A stretch of DNA of 64,000 bases from Paragordius varius (Eukaryota; Animalia; Nematomorpha). The position numbers and the translations under genes were made by a program. Of this stretch, positions 11,501-23,900 are shown piece by piece (the first letter of the stretch is position 1; each line of letters begins with the position of its first letter). The stretch spans positions 310,001 to 374,000 of the forward strand of contig OZ176053.1 of assembly GCA_964247055.1 (NCBI GenBank), given 5' to 3'. Under the pieces are notes generated by a model. It had not been told where the DNA came from. It worked only from the letters and a program-made list of their open reading frames with translations, and searched no databases.

Positions 11501-13074
11501 CGCAAACGAGGGCACGGGGATAAGGCTAAAGCTTTCAATGTGGCCCAAAAACAAGCCGTACGGGCTTTTAATCGAACGATATTGTGCGAGTCAGCTGCTG
11601 TTACAGGCCCCATGATGCAATCAGCTGGAGGTAAACGAGGCAGACGACGATGTTCCGACTCATCATCTTCGGGATGTTCTTCCAATTACAGCACCCACGA
11701 TTGTTACCATGGCAACAACCAGAATGCCAAGTTTAACAAATCACCAGTTAATGCCAAATGTTTGAAATTAAACCACTCTTCTAAGAAACTTACTTGTACT
11801 ACCCCTACCTATGTAAGACAACATGCACTTGTGTTTGACATAGTTTGATAATTCAAATACTTTGGTTTTACCAAATAAGGAAATGTATTTGACAAACAAA
11901 TCAAGAAACACAATAATTTAGCAATCTTAAATTATTAAAAATATTGGCTTGTTTAAAGCCCAAACAAAGCTTAAAAGAAATAACTAGATAGAACATTGTA
12001 AATGAGCGTGTATTTTTTTTCAACTATAAAAAAGTTGGTTTTGTTTGCATTGTGCAGTCATTATCGTTTTTTGCTGGTCGAAATTAACACTAAACACAAA
12101 AACAAAACAACAATTATAACAAAACAATACTGAGTGAACTTTTATAAGCCAAGGTCATTGAGTATTTTCTCATTGCGTTTTTTTTGTTTTAAAAAAGTAA
12201 ATTAACAACGCTCTAGTTTGGAGTGAAACCAAATTATATCATAATAAATGTATTATTTTTAATCAAACAATATATTTATAATATATTAGCATATTAATTT
12301 AACAAATTTCGCCTTTTGTTTGCATAAATAAGTACACAATTGATGTTATGATACTATTAAATCTATAACCTTTACTTTGTTAAACACTTTCAACAAGTGA
12401 TAAAGGTCCATAAAATACAAGATATCTGGCGTTCAAATAAAATTTTACCAACCTATAATTTGACTACAATAATGTTAATAAACTTTGTAAATATTATAAA
12501 ATGTTTTATCACTATATATATTTAGAGTCCGACCGCTTTAAATCAACAATCAGCAGCTGCTGGTTTAGAGCCTATGACTTTGCAGCGTCCTTCAAGCACT
12601 CACCTTTTCGGACGCAGGCGTAAAGAACGTACGGAAGATCGAAATCCATTTCATGGGAAATTCTTTAAGTACGAACTCGAAGCTTGTAAGCGGGACACTA
12701 ACGCTATCAATCCTGCCTTCTTAAGCATTAAGTAATTATTATTTACGTTACAATAATTGAGTACATTATTTTCAACTTGACATATTTGGCCAAAATCGAA
12801 CAATCGTTACAAATTTTGTTTATTTATATTTACACAGATTTTTACAATCGTTCACATTATGCTAACAAAGCAGACAATTATTTGTTTTGTATTATAATAT
12901 ATTGTCGTTATGAGATATTTTATGGGCTTGTACTTAGTATATGTTTATTTTTTTTTTGGTTTAAATAGGAACAAATTTAAACATGCCAAGGCGACGGATG
13001 GCGGTTGTCGTTTTTTCTATGCTGCACTCAAACGAAATAAGACTCAAACGGCGACACCTGCTCTTGTTTATTGA
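8504..13074 (+). CDS. DOR/TP53INP-like autophagy adaptor (LIR-motif protein), about 519 aa; exons 8504-8705, 10767-11812, 12526-12731, 12969-13074
   Basis: All junctions are GT-AG and phase-consistent. The N-terminus MLNALSKYVSG and acidic DLDNEWVLI (W-x-x-I LIR) resemble the DOR/TP53INP family. The rest is low-complexity, so the family call is tentative. Confidence 0.6.
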
Positions 13075-14958
13075 AGCAAAATTTTATTTGATGGATAATA
13101 TAATATCTCATTTATACTACCCAGAAAATTAGAATAGATACTTTTTTATTTAAAAAGAATAATTAACCATTCAACGATTCTACTTACACACGAGATTTAA
13201 TTTTAATATTTTTTGATTAGATGATTCTCACTCATTTACAATACACCCATGCATACGCAAAATCGTATAAAAAATATTTTTAAACATATTTATCACCATA
13301 ACTTTATAATACTACTCAACCAAAACCAATAAACATTATTAAAAAAATTATGAAAAATGCAGTAAAAATAACCTAATCTACTTTTGATTAATACATATTT
13401 GTTTATTTTAATAGACAACAGACTCATTTTCCTATATTTTTAAAAGATTCACATTTTTATTTATCAAATATATTGTATGTCAAAGGTCTCACATTTTATT
13501 TAGATTATATTTATTATTTATTAGTGGCACTTTTTGTCATCCAAATTGTCAAATTCGTTTAATTTATTTTTGAAATTCAGAGGGAATATGTAATTCTGAT
13601 CACTTTCAATGATTGTTGCAATTCTTTTACACCAATATGAAATTAATTAATTTATATTAAATTTCTATTTATGGTTACTTAATGTTTAAATTTATGTGTA
13701 TATAATATGTCCACACTATTTATTTTTCCCCAAAGAACAAAGTAAATGAACAAAAAAATATATAAATATGGTAACTCTATTTTAATTTATTTATATTTAT
13801 TATGTTTAAATAATATTTAATTACAACAAACGCATTCACATTTTTATGATCGGCATATGACTGATTGTATGTGTGTGGTGTATTAAATTAGATAGAAGTG
13901 AGAGAGAAAAACGAAAAAATAAATAAATTAATATTTTCTAAAAATTTAAATTGTATTTCTTGAACCGCTTAATTTTTAAGTGTTTGTCTGGATGTTCTGA
14001 AGATAGATATATATGTGTAAATTTTGTTCATAAGGCCAGACTAAAATCACTTTTATAGTGTTGAATGTCCAACTTAGATTTCGCATTTTTTTGAAAAAAA
14101 CCCACTATAACTATGCTAAAATAAATTTTATTTTACGTTTGTTGAAAAAATAACTTGTTAAAGGAAAATCATACTCTTGCAAAAAACTTTTTCTTTCCTT
14201 CCCATAACAAAAAAGATATGGTTAAAAAAATGGCTATGAAATATTATTTAATCACAATAAAAAAGAAATTGTAACTAAATTTGTGGAATAATAAAAAGAT
14301 AATCGGCTAGCGCATGAATTTTTAAAAAAAATGTAATATTGAAATATTTTTTTAAGATTTATAATCAAATATTTTGACTTAAACCCGATTGAAAATAATT
14401 AAAATAATGATATAAATATTGAAGCATTTATTGGATAAATAGATATATATTAACATTATATTTTTAATTGTCTATCTTAACTATAAGGCCCCCTTTTTTG
14501 GCGAAAATGCTAATTTAAGAGAAATTTCATAACATGAGTAATTAAACAAACTGGTATATCTAAAAAATTGCATATGAATGTACAAATATCAGATAAATAA
14601 TATATACTATTCAGACATGTTTGTTTTGAACATGTATTTTTAAATTGCTAATAAGATATAAAATAAAAAGGGATAAATTTTTTTTAAATTATAGTATATC
14701 TATATATCTAAAGTTCAAGGAATGCCATCAAAAATAAATGATCTTATAATAATAAATTTGTTTTAGAATGTATAAAGAGAGCAAGGAACATAATAAAGAT
14801 ATATAAATTGCTATATATATTATATAAATATATATGATTTAAAGTACAAGGAATGTCTCTCATATAACAAAAAAAAACTTTATAAATTATTTTAGCCAAA
14901 AAAGTTGGAAATCAACAATTTTTTTGCAAGAACCGTTCATATTTTTGTTGCAAAACCA

Positions 14959-17900
14959 TTAATCAGCATTTTGGGCTGATTTATCGCTATAAACAAAATT
15001 TTTGATTTCCGGATTTTCACTGGACGGGTCATCTTCTCTCATGCCTTCACTGTGAGGTCCGCGATTCAGAAGCGTTAACATGGCAACCACATCTGGGTCG
15101 GCGTCCAACATACTAAATCGTTTTTGCTAAAAAAAAATAAAATTTGCAGAGAATGGCAAAAATTTAAAAGATATTGTAAATTTCAGAATAAATAAATGAG
15201 AATGGCAAAAATTTAAAAGATATTGTAAATTTTTCAGAATAAATAAATGAGAATGGCAAAAATTCAAAAAATATTGTAAATTTTTCAGAATAAATTTGCA
15301 GAGAATGGCAAAAATTTAAAAGATATTGTAAATTTTTCAGAATAAATAAATGAGAATGGCAAAAATTTAAATGTTAAAAAGGTAAAAAGTTTGTTAGTGC
15401 GCTAAAACTATAGTAAAGATTCGTTGTTAAACAAACCCTACTTAACCTATTTTGAATATTTTTGTAAACTTATCAAATAATTTATCAACCCACAAAATTA
15501 ATCTAAAAGCAATCTCCTAGTATTTTGTTGTAATTGTAAACCTTTCCAATTATCACATATACCTTAGTATTAAATATTCACACTGTAGTTTATATCTGCT
15601 TAGTATTAAATATGCACACACCTTATTTTACCAAAGTTCTAACATGCAAATATGATATGCAGACAAAAAACTGTGCTTACAACAGAGGCCGATTTATTTT
15701 TTGGTTCATTTATCGTTATATTTAGAAATTGAATTTTATCACCGCGCCTTTTCAGAATCAGAGTTAGTTTTATCGGACGACAGTTAGAGTTCAAAAAAAA
15801 CTTTTTAATGGATAAACCGATAACGTTTGAGATGGCGTATGAAAAAGCGGGCAACAGTTTTTTGAGTGAAAAGAATAGTCAAGTGATGACAAAAAAATGG
15901 TTTTCAGTTTAGAACAAAGACGTTTCAAATGCAAAAAGAAAGATGTCATAGCATAGGGGTGTCAACAAATAGGTGCGCGAGAGGGCCCCAAATATATAGC
16001 ATTTATCAAATTCACCCTTGAACAAACCAAATTCATTTTAAAAATATATTTTTACGACATAGTTTATTATTTTTTCGGCATTATATTATTTTTTAAATAG
16101 AAATTCATACATTAAAAATATTAAAATCTAAAGGTAATCTTAGATTCTAAAAACACATAATTTATTCTAGGGTGAATTTGAATTGTTCGAGGGTGAATTT
16201 AAATTGTAAATGGTATATATGGGCATTAATAAATATTTTGAACACAAGACTACAAAATGCAAACACTCAGTAAAAAATTTTGTTTTAATTTCTGATGGAA
16301 ATGTCATTTAATACTAAATAAAAATCAATTTGTTTCCTTGTTAGCTAACTCATTTTTAATTAATTATAAATCGTTAATTCTTTAAGTTATGTGATAAAAA
16401 AATAAAGTTAATCCTCAAGTCCCCATTTCATAACCATGTATTTTAAAACAAACCCTGATAAGTTTACTTTTAATCTGTTTAGTAACATCGTATTACATTA
16501 ATCATTATACCACAGAATTTAATACTTACTGTAAAAATCAATAAAATTAAATATACAGCAAAAATTGAAATTATACGGACAAAACTTATAAATATAAAGA
16601 CAAATTTTTTTTTCAAAAGACAACCATACTTTTATACTAAACACTAATTTATCCTATTAAAACCATTTAAAAACAAATATGTAATTGATTGTATTATACC
16701 AATATACATTTCTATTTCATAGTAAAGAGTTTAAACAATATGTCATATATAAAAAAAAGGCAAGATATTTAAAAAGTATGGTTGGGTTGTCTTTTAGAAG
16801 TAAATATTTCTCTTTATATTTTTAACCCTTTTGTCCATAGTATAATTTCAATCAATTTTTACTGTATATTCTAAATAAAAATTCAAAAAATTTACCAAAT
16901 TAAAAAAAAGGCAAGAATTAATATGGAATTGTCTTTTAGATGAAAAAAATTTGTCTTTATATTTTTACCTTTTCCAATAAAATTACATATATATATATAT
17001 ATATATTTAAACAAAAGTTTAAAAAATTTACCAAATAAGCCTTTCTTTCAGGCGCCTCAGGGCCAACACCCCAAACTTCGAGACTTTCAATCGTAAAATT
17101 ATGTTGAGTCGAAAGTTGGGGACATTTGTAAGTTAGGCAATTTGTCGCGTTGCCCGTGGTAACCGAAGATTCCACTGCAACACCGAAGTAATTGATTTGA
17201 CCTCCAAAGGCCTAAAAGTAAATATATAAATACCATTTACAGTTCAAATTCACCCTTGAACAATTCAAATTCACCCTTGAACAATTCAAATTCACCCTTG
17301 AACAATTCAAATTCACCCTAGAACAATTCAAATTCACCCTTGAACAATTCAAATTCTCCCTTAAACAATTTAAAATCACCCTCGAACAATTCAAATTCAC
17401 CCTTGAACAATTCAACTTCACCCTTGACCAATTCAAATTCACCCTTGAACAATTCAAATTCACCCTAGAACAATTCAAATTCATCCTTAAACAATTCAAA
17501 TCACCCTTGAACAATTCAAATTCACCCTTGAACAATTCAAATTCACCCTTGAACAATTCAAATTCACCCTAGAACAATTCAAATTCACCCTTGAACAATT
17601 CAAATTTACCCTTGAACAATTCAAATTTACCCTTGAACAATTCAAATTTACCGTTGAACAATATTCACCCTTGAACAATTCAAATTCACCCTAAAAATAA
17701 ATAAGGTGTTTTAAAACTAATATAACTCATTATTAATATGAGTTATATATGTTTATGCTATAGTTTAGTATTTTTTCAGTATTATTTTAATTTAAAATAA
17801 AATTTTTATTTTTGAAATATATATAAAATATAGGAGGCAATTTTTAATCTTAAAAAACATATATTATTTGAGGGTGAATTAGAATTGTTCAAGGGTGAAT

Positions 17901-20900
17901 TTGAATTGTAAATGGTATAGATATATCAATTTTGTTTCCAAACTACAACAAGAAACTATACAATACAAATAAAATACAAACGGTAATAAAAGTTAGAGTG
18001 TGAAATTTTTATGTACACAGAGCTGTAAAAAAAGTCAAAAAACAACAAAAATAAGCATAGAATTCATTTTTAAAAAGCGCATAAACAATATTTTAGAAAA
18101 CCTTAAAAAGAACTGAAAATAAAAAAAAAGTTTTATGAGACTGATGGTATAATTAGCTTTTTTATAATGGGAAATTATCTCAAATCACATAAACAGATTA
18201 AAAGAATTTTAAAAAATATGATTTTACAAAATAAAATTACAGGGTTCCCTGATAAAGCTAATAATTTTTCACCTTATATTTTTTGTTTTAAAATGCATGT
18301 GTAAGGGAATAAATACAAAGTTTATCCTTAAAATATAATTTATTCTTTTTTTTGCATTACAAAAATATTTAATAAATCTAAAATTTAACAAAAAAGAATA
18401 ATAATGAATTTAAATAAATATATATTCAAACAAAAAAAACTAAATTTTTGTAAAAACCAATTTTTAAATTTTAAATAAATTATATAAATATAATTAATTA
18501 CAAAGCAATTGGGTAAGGTTTGTTGATTAACATTGATATAAACGTAATTATCATTCATTTCTGAGGAATGATAAATTTTGAGATGTGGAGTTAAGGAAAA
18601 TACGAAACATGAATCATTACCTAAATAAATAAAAATATATAAAAAATGATTTTTTTAAAAAAAATTATAAATTTTGAAAAAAATATATAATTGCGAATAT
18701 AAAGTAGTTTTTGGTATTTGAACAGTAAAAATTGAAAGACAAAATGCAAATATATAAAGACAAATTTTTTTTTCAAAAACCACTATACTTTTTTTATATA
18801 GTAAAAATTGAAAGACAAAATATAAAAATATAAAAAGACCAATATATTTTTTTAAAAGACACCCATACTTTTTAAAACTTTAATTTTTTGCTATATAAAA
18901 TATTTAATTACAATCGTAAACTACATAATTGATTGTGCTACCAATTTAGAATTCTATTTTATATTTTGAAGTTTAAAAAAATGAGTTTTATTTAAAAAAA
19001 TTAAGATTCAAAAAATATGGTTGTTTTAGAAAAATAATTGTCTTTATATTTTTACGTTTTGTCCCCCCATATAATTTCAATTTTTACTGTAATTCTTGGG
19101 GCCTATTTATGCTTATAATCTTTTGGTTCAAAAATTAAATTTCGATTCCAAAATTAATAGAAATTATTAATCAAATATAAAAACTGGTCATTACAAATTT
19201 TTCCAATTATTTATGAATATTTTAATGTAACCCCAAAAATTGTAGGAATTAAAATAAACCCTTAAAATATGCCATTCACAGTTCAAATTCACCCTAAAAA
19301 TAAATTATGTGTTTTCAAACTAATATAACTCTCCTTATTAATAGGAAATATATCTTTATGGGGCATCATAGTTTATTATTTTTTCAGTATTATTTTAATT
19401 TGAACATAATTTTTATTTTTTAAAAATATATAATAATATAGGTAATTTTTAATCTTAAAAAAAATATATTTTATGGGTGAATTTGAATTGTTCGTAGATG
19501 AATTTTATTTGTTCAAGGATGAATTTGAGTTGTTTTAAGATAAATTCGAATTATGTTATATAAAACCTATTCCTTTCAAGAAATAATATTTTTATACAGG
19601 TAAAAATCTCCTTTTAAATAAATTGCAGTCAGTAAAATGTTACATATGCCCGTTGTATAAATTATTTTTTTAAAAAAATTAGTTTAAATGAAATGTAAAC
19701 CCTAAATATTTACCATATCGCCTTCAAGTAATAAAATATTTTATTTTGTAATTATCTTTTACAGTAAATGTTGAAATTATACGGACAAAACGTAAAAATA
19801 TAAAGGCAAATATTGTTTTCTAAAAGACAACCAGACTATTTTAAATTCCTTTTTTTTTCAAATATTACTTATTGTTTTAGAGAAAATAAGATATACCATT
19901 TACAGTTCAAATTCATTCTTGAACAATTCAAATTCACCCTAAAAATAAATTATGTGTTTTCGAACTAATATAACTCATTATTAGTATAAAATATATCTTT
20001 ATGGCATAATTTATTTTTTATTATTTTAATTTATAACATAATTTTTATTTTTTAAAAATATATAATAATGTAGGTAATTTTTAATCCTAAAAAACATATA
20101 TTTTATGGGTGAATTTGAATTGTTTTATAGAAAAATTTGAATTGTTTTATGATAAATTTGGATTATGTTATATAAATACATCTTATTCCATTCAAGAAAT
20201 AATATATTTATACAGGTAAAAATCTCCTTTTAAATAAATTGCAGTCAGTAAAATATTACATATGCCCGTTGTTTAAATTTTTTAAAATTTTTTTTAAAAA
20301 AATATTCTAAATATTTACCATATCGCCTTCGAATAAATAAATATATTTTATATTTTAATTATCTTTTACAGTAAATGTTGAAATTATACGGACAAAACGT
20401 AAAATAAAAAGACAACCATACTATTTCAAATCCTTTTTTTTCAAATATTACTTATTATTTTAGATTGGAAAATAGGTAGATGTGTAATTTGTGAAAAATT
20501 GTGATCAAATAGTTTATTGTAGAAAAAAATTAAGGGATTTAAAAAGTATGATGGTTAGTTTTTTTTTATCAAAAAAAATACTTGTCTTTATATTTTTACG
20601 TTTTGTCCATAGTATTTAAATATTCGTTTATAAAAAAAGCAATTTTTTTTTATCAAAAGAAAAAAAAACCTTGGAAATGAGGATTAATGGTTAACTTTAC
20701 GGATGAAAATCCACCAAAAATATTGCCATTTTTTTCTTTAATCACGATTATGACTGGGCCAGCATAAACTAAAAAAAAATAAAATAAAATTGAACAAAAA
20801 AAAAACGAAATATACAAGCATTTCAAAAATTAAAAACTTACAACTACATTAATATTGCAATTATATAATTCATCTAAAATTATATATGAAATTGTTCTTT

Positions 20901-23900
20901 GTCAAACGTAAAAAATAAACTAAAAAAAGTAAAGTTGGAAACTATTTACAAATTAAATTGGAAATTTTTTTCAATATATATATACTTAACTTTAAACATT
21001 TTTAGATCAGGAAATAAAACATAAAATGTAAAAGAATTTATACAAATGTTAATTTAAAACTTGAATTACCTATCGTTCATTTTAAGTTGCAAGATAAAAA
21101 AAATTTAAATAATACTCATTTTTTTATTTAACTATAGGTTATTCAAAAAGCAAGGTTCACAAATTTGGACTTTATTAAATGAAAAATAAATATTAGACCA
21201 ACCTCCAATTTTCATATTTTGCCTTTATAAATTTAATTATAACTGTAACTCCAAATTTTTATTAATAAAAATTATATACCATTTACAATTCAAATTCACC
21301 CTTCCTAAAAATAAAAATTAAGTGTTTTCAAGCTAATATAACTCATCATGATTAATAATAAAATATTCTTCTGGCATAAATTATTATTTTTAATTTTAAA
21401 CGAAACTTTATTTTTTTAAAATACAAAAAAATAATAATTTTAATTTTAAAAAACACACATAATTAATTTTAGGTGAATTTAAACGCTGTAAATGGTATAA
21501 TTGACCATTATAAAATTCTTTTTTTAGATTTGAAAATATTTAATTTAATGATTAACCCTTTTTTAACCTCAAAAAAGGTTTTTTATAGTATGCATTTTAA
21601 TGGTACAGTAGTGTATGGAAAAAACAAATTTTTTTCCTTTCTTGTATTAGTTTGCTTATTTTATTCAATATTTTTTTTGTTTTTTTCCATACACTACTGC
21701 TGGATGTTGCTGCAAATTGCCCAACTATAGTATTGTGAAAAAAGCAACCATTAAAATGCATACTGTTAATCATAAAATTTTCTTCAAATATTTAATCAAT
21801 CTAATTTTTATAATTAAATTCAAAAACTTTGTTTTTCGATAATACTAAAAAAATTAAAATGCATACACACTGTAAAATTTATTTTTTTAATAATCTAAAA
21901 AATTAAAATGTATACTCTGTGAATCATCAAATATTTTTTACAATAATATTAATAATATTTGATATTAATCTAATTTTTATAATTAAATTCAAAAACTTTT
22001 TTTTCCGATAAAAAAATAAAAAAATTAAAAAATGTATACTGTAAATTACATAATTTTTTTTAATAATATTAATAATCCTCTTTGACTTAAAATTTTAGAT
22101 AAAACTTTTTTTTCGATAATAAAACTAAAAAATTAAAATGCATACTCTGTTATATATAAAATTTTTATAATATTAATAATAATGCTCTTAATCTTTATGA
22201 TTAAATTCAAAAACTTTTTTATAATATTAAATATTAAAATGCATACTGTTAATCATAAATTTTTTTTTAAATAATATTAATCTAATCTAATTTTTATAAC
22301 TAAATTCAAAACTTTTTTTTTATAATACTAAATATTAAAATGCAGTTATATATAAAATTTTTATAATATTAATAATAATGCTCTTAATCTTTATGTTTTA
22401 TTTCAAAAACTTGTTTTTCGAGATAACAATACTAAAAAAATTAAAAAGCATACACACTTAAAATTATAAAAAAAATTTAATAATATTAATAATGCTCTTA
22501 ATCTTTATTTTCTAATTCGCAAATATTTTCGATAATAAAAATAAAAAATTAAGTAATGTATATTGTATACTATAAATTACAAAAATTTTTTATTGATAAC
22601 AATTATCTTTAATTATATATAAAACTTTATTTTCGAAAATATTTGAGACAAACTTAAATAAATTAAATAATGTATACTATAAATTATAAAAAAATATTTA
22701 TTAATAATAATCATTCTTAATCTTTATTTTTTAATTCAAAAACTTTTTTTTCGATAATATTTAAAATAAAATGATACCAATATGCCTAGCAAGTCTAATA
22801 AAACTTTCCCCGTGAATCGTGGAGGCATATAGGAGGCGCCACACATTCCTATAATCAAGCGGGCAATGATTGTTAAGTGTTAATAGGTCTGAAATATCTA
22901 ACATTGTTTCAAATCGTGTCCAATCTACACTTTCACACAGCGGGATAATGGGAACAGCCATTAACTGGAAGGATTAAGGCAAAAAAATTGAAATTAAAAT
23001 TATACTACCTACTATGGACAAACCAGTGAAAATATAAAGACAAATATTTTTTTTTCTATACAGGCAACCAAACATATGTGTTATATATCATTTAGAGTTT
23101 AAATTCACCTTTGAATTCAAATTCACCCTTTAACAATTCAAATTTACCCTTTAACAATTTAAATTCGCCCTTGAACAATTCAAATTCACCCTTGAACAAT
23201 TCAATTCGCCCTTGAACATTTCAAATTCGGCATTGAATTCAAATTCACCCTCGAACAATTCAAATTCACCCTTGAACAATTCAAATTCGCCCTTAAATTC
23301 AAAGTCGCCCTCGAACAATTCGAATTCACCCTTAAACAATTCGAATTCCCCCTTTAACAATTTAAATTCCCCCTTTAACAATTTAAATTCGCCCTTAAAC
23401 AATTCAAAATCGCCCTCGAACAATCTAAATTCGCCCTTGAACAATTCAAATAATTCACCCTCAAACAATTCAAATTCACCCTTAAACAATTCAAATTCAC
23501 TCTTGAACAATTCAAATTATGTGTTTTCAAACTAATATTACTTGTTATTAGAATGAAATATATCTATATATCTATAGCATTGTTTATTATTTTTTCAGCA
23601 GTATTTTGATTTAAAACCAAATTTTATTTTTCAAAAATATATAATGATATAGATAATTTTTAATCTAAAAAAAATAATTTATTTGAGGGTGAATATGACT
23701 TGTAAATGGTTTATATTAATTATTTTAAATATAACTCATAGTTTAAAATTGTAAAGTATGAAATAAAGATATAATATAGGTTACACAATCAATTATATAT
23801 TTTACAATTGTAATTAAATTATTAAAGGATAAATTAAGGTCTAAAAAAGTATGGGGTTGTCTTTTGAAAAAAATTTTTGTCTTTATATTTTTATGTTTTT

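Noticed and set aside
11163-11685. Four antisense ORFs over the DOR-like exon (also 52497-52984 over ZC3HC1)
   Set aside because: Expected shadows of a GC-richer coding exon; no recognisable motifs.
17212-17678. ORFs of NLNCSRV / FELFKGE / NNSNSPL repeats (also 23151-23535, 44868-45149, 46008-46196, 59997-60394)
   Set aside because: They are translations of the 21-bp MITE array, open in several frames on both strands, lie in introns and have no splice or start context.
17240-17690. CRISPR-like appearance of the 21-bp partially palindromic repeats and of the PSMB5 intron repeats
   Set aside because: Units are contiguous without unique spacers (or separated by related sequence), there are no cas genes, and the context is eukaryotic.
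17240-17690. Heat-shock elements in the 21-mer (GAA...TTC)
   Set aside because: Spacing is GAA-N3-TTC, not the nGAAnnTTCn HSE register.
22768-22777. Donors GTATCATTTT (MEAK7) and GTATCACTT (KAT8, 62104) as GT-AG U12 introns
   Set aside because: They miss the TCC core, and no TCCTTAAC branch site precedes their acceptors.
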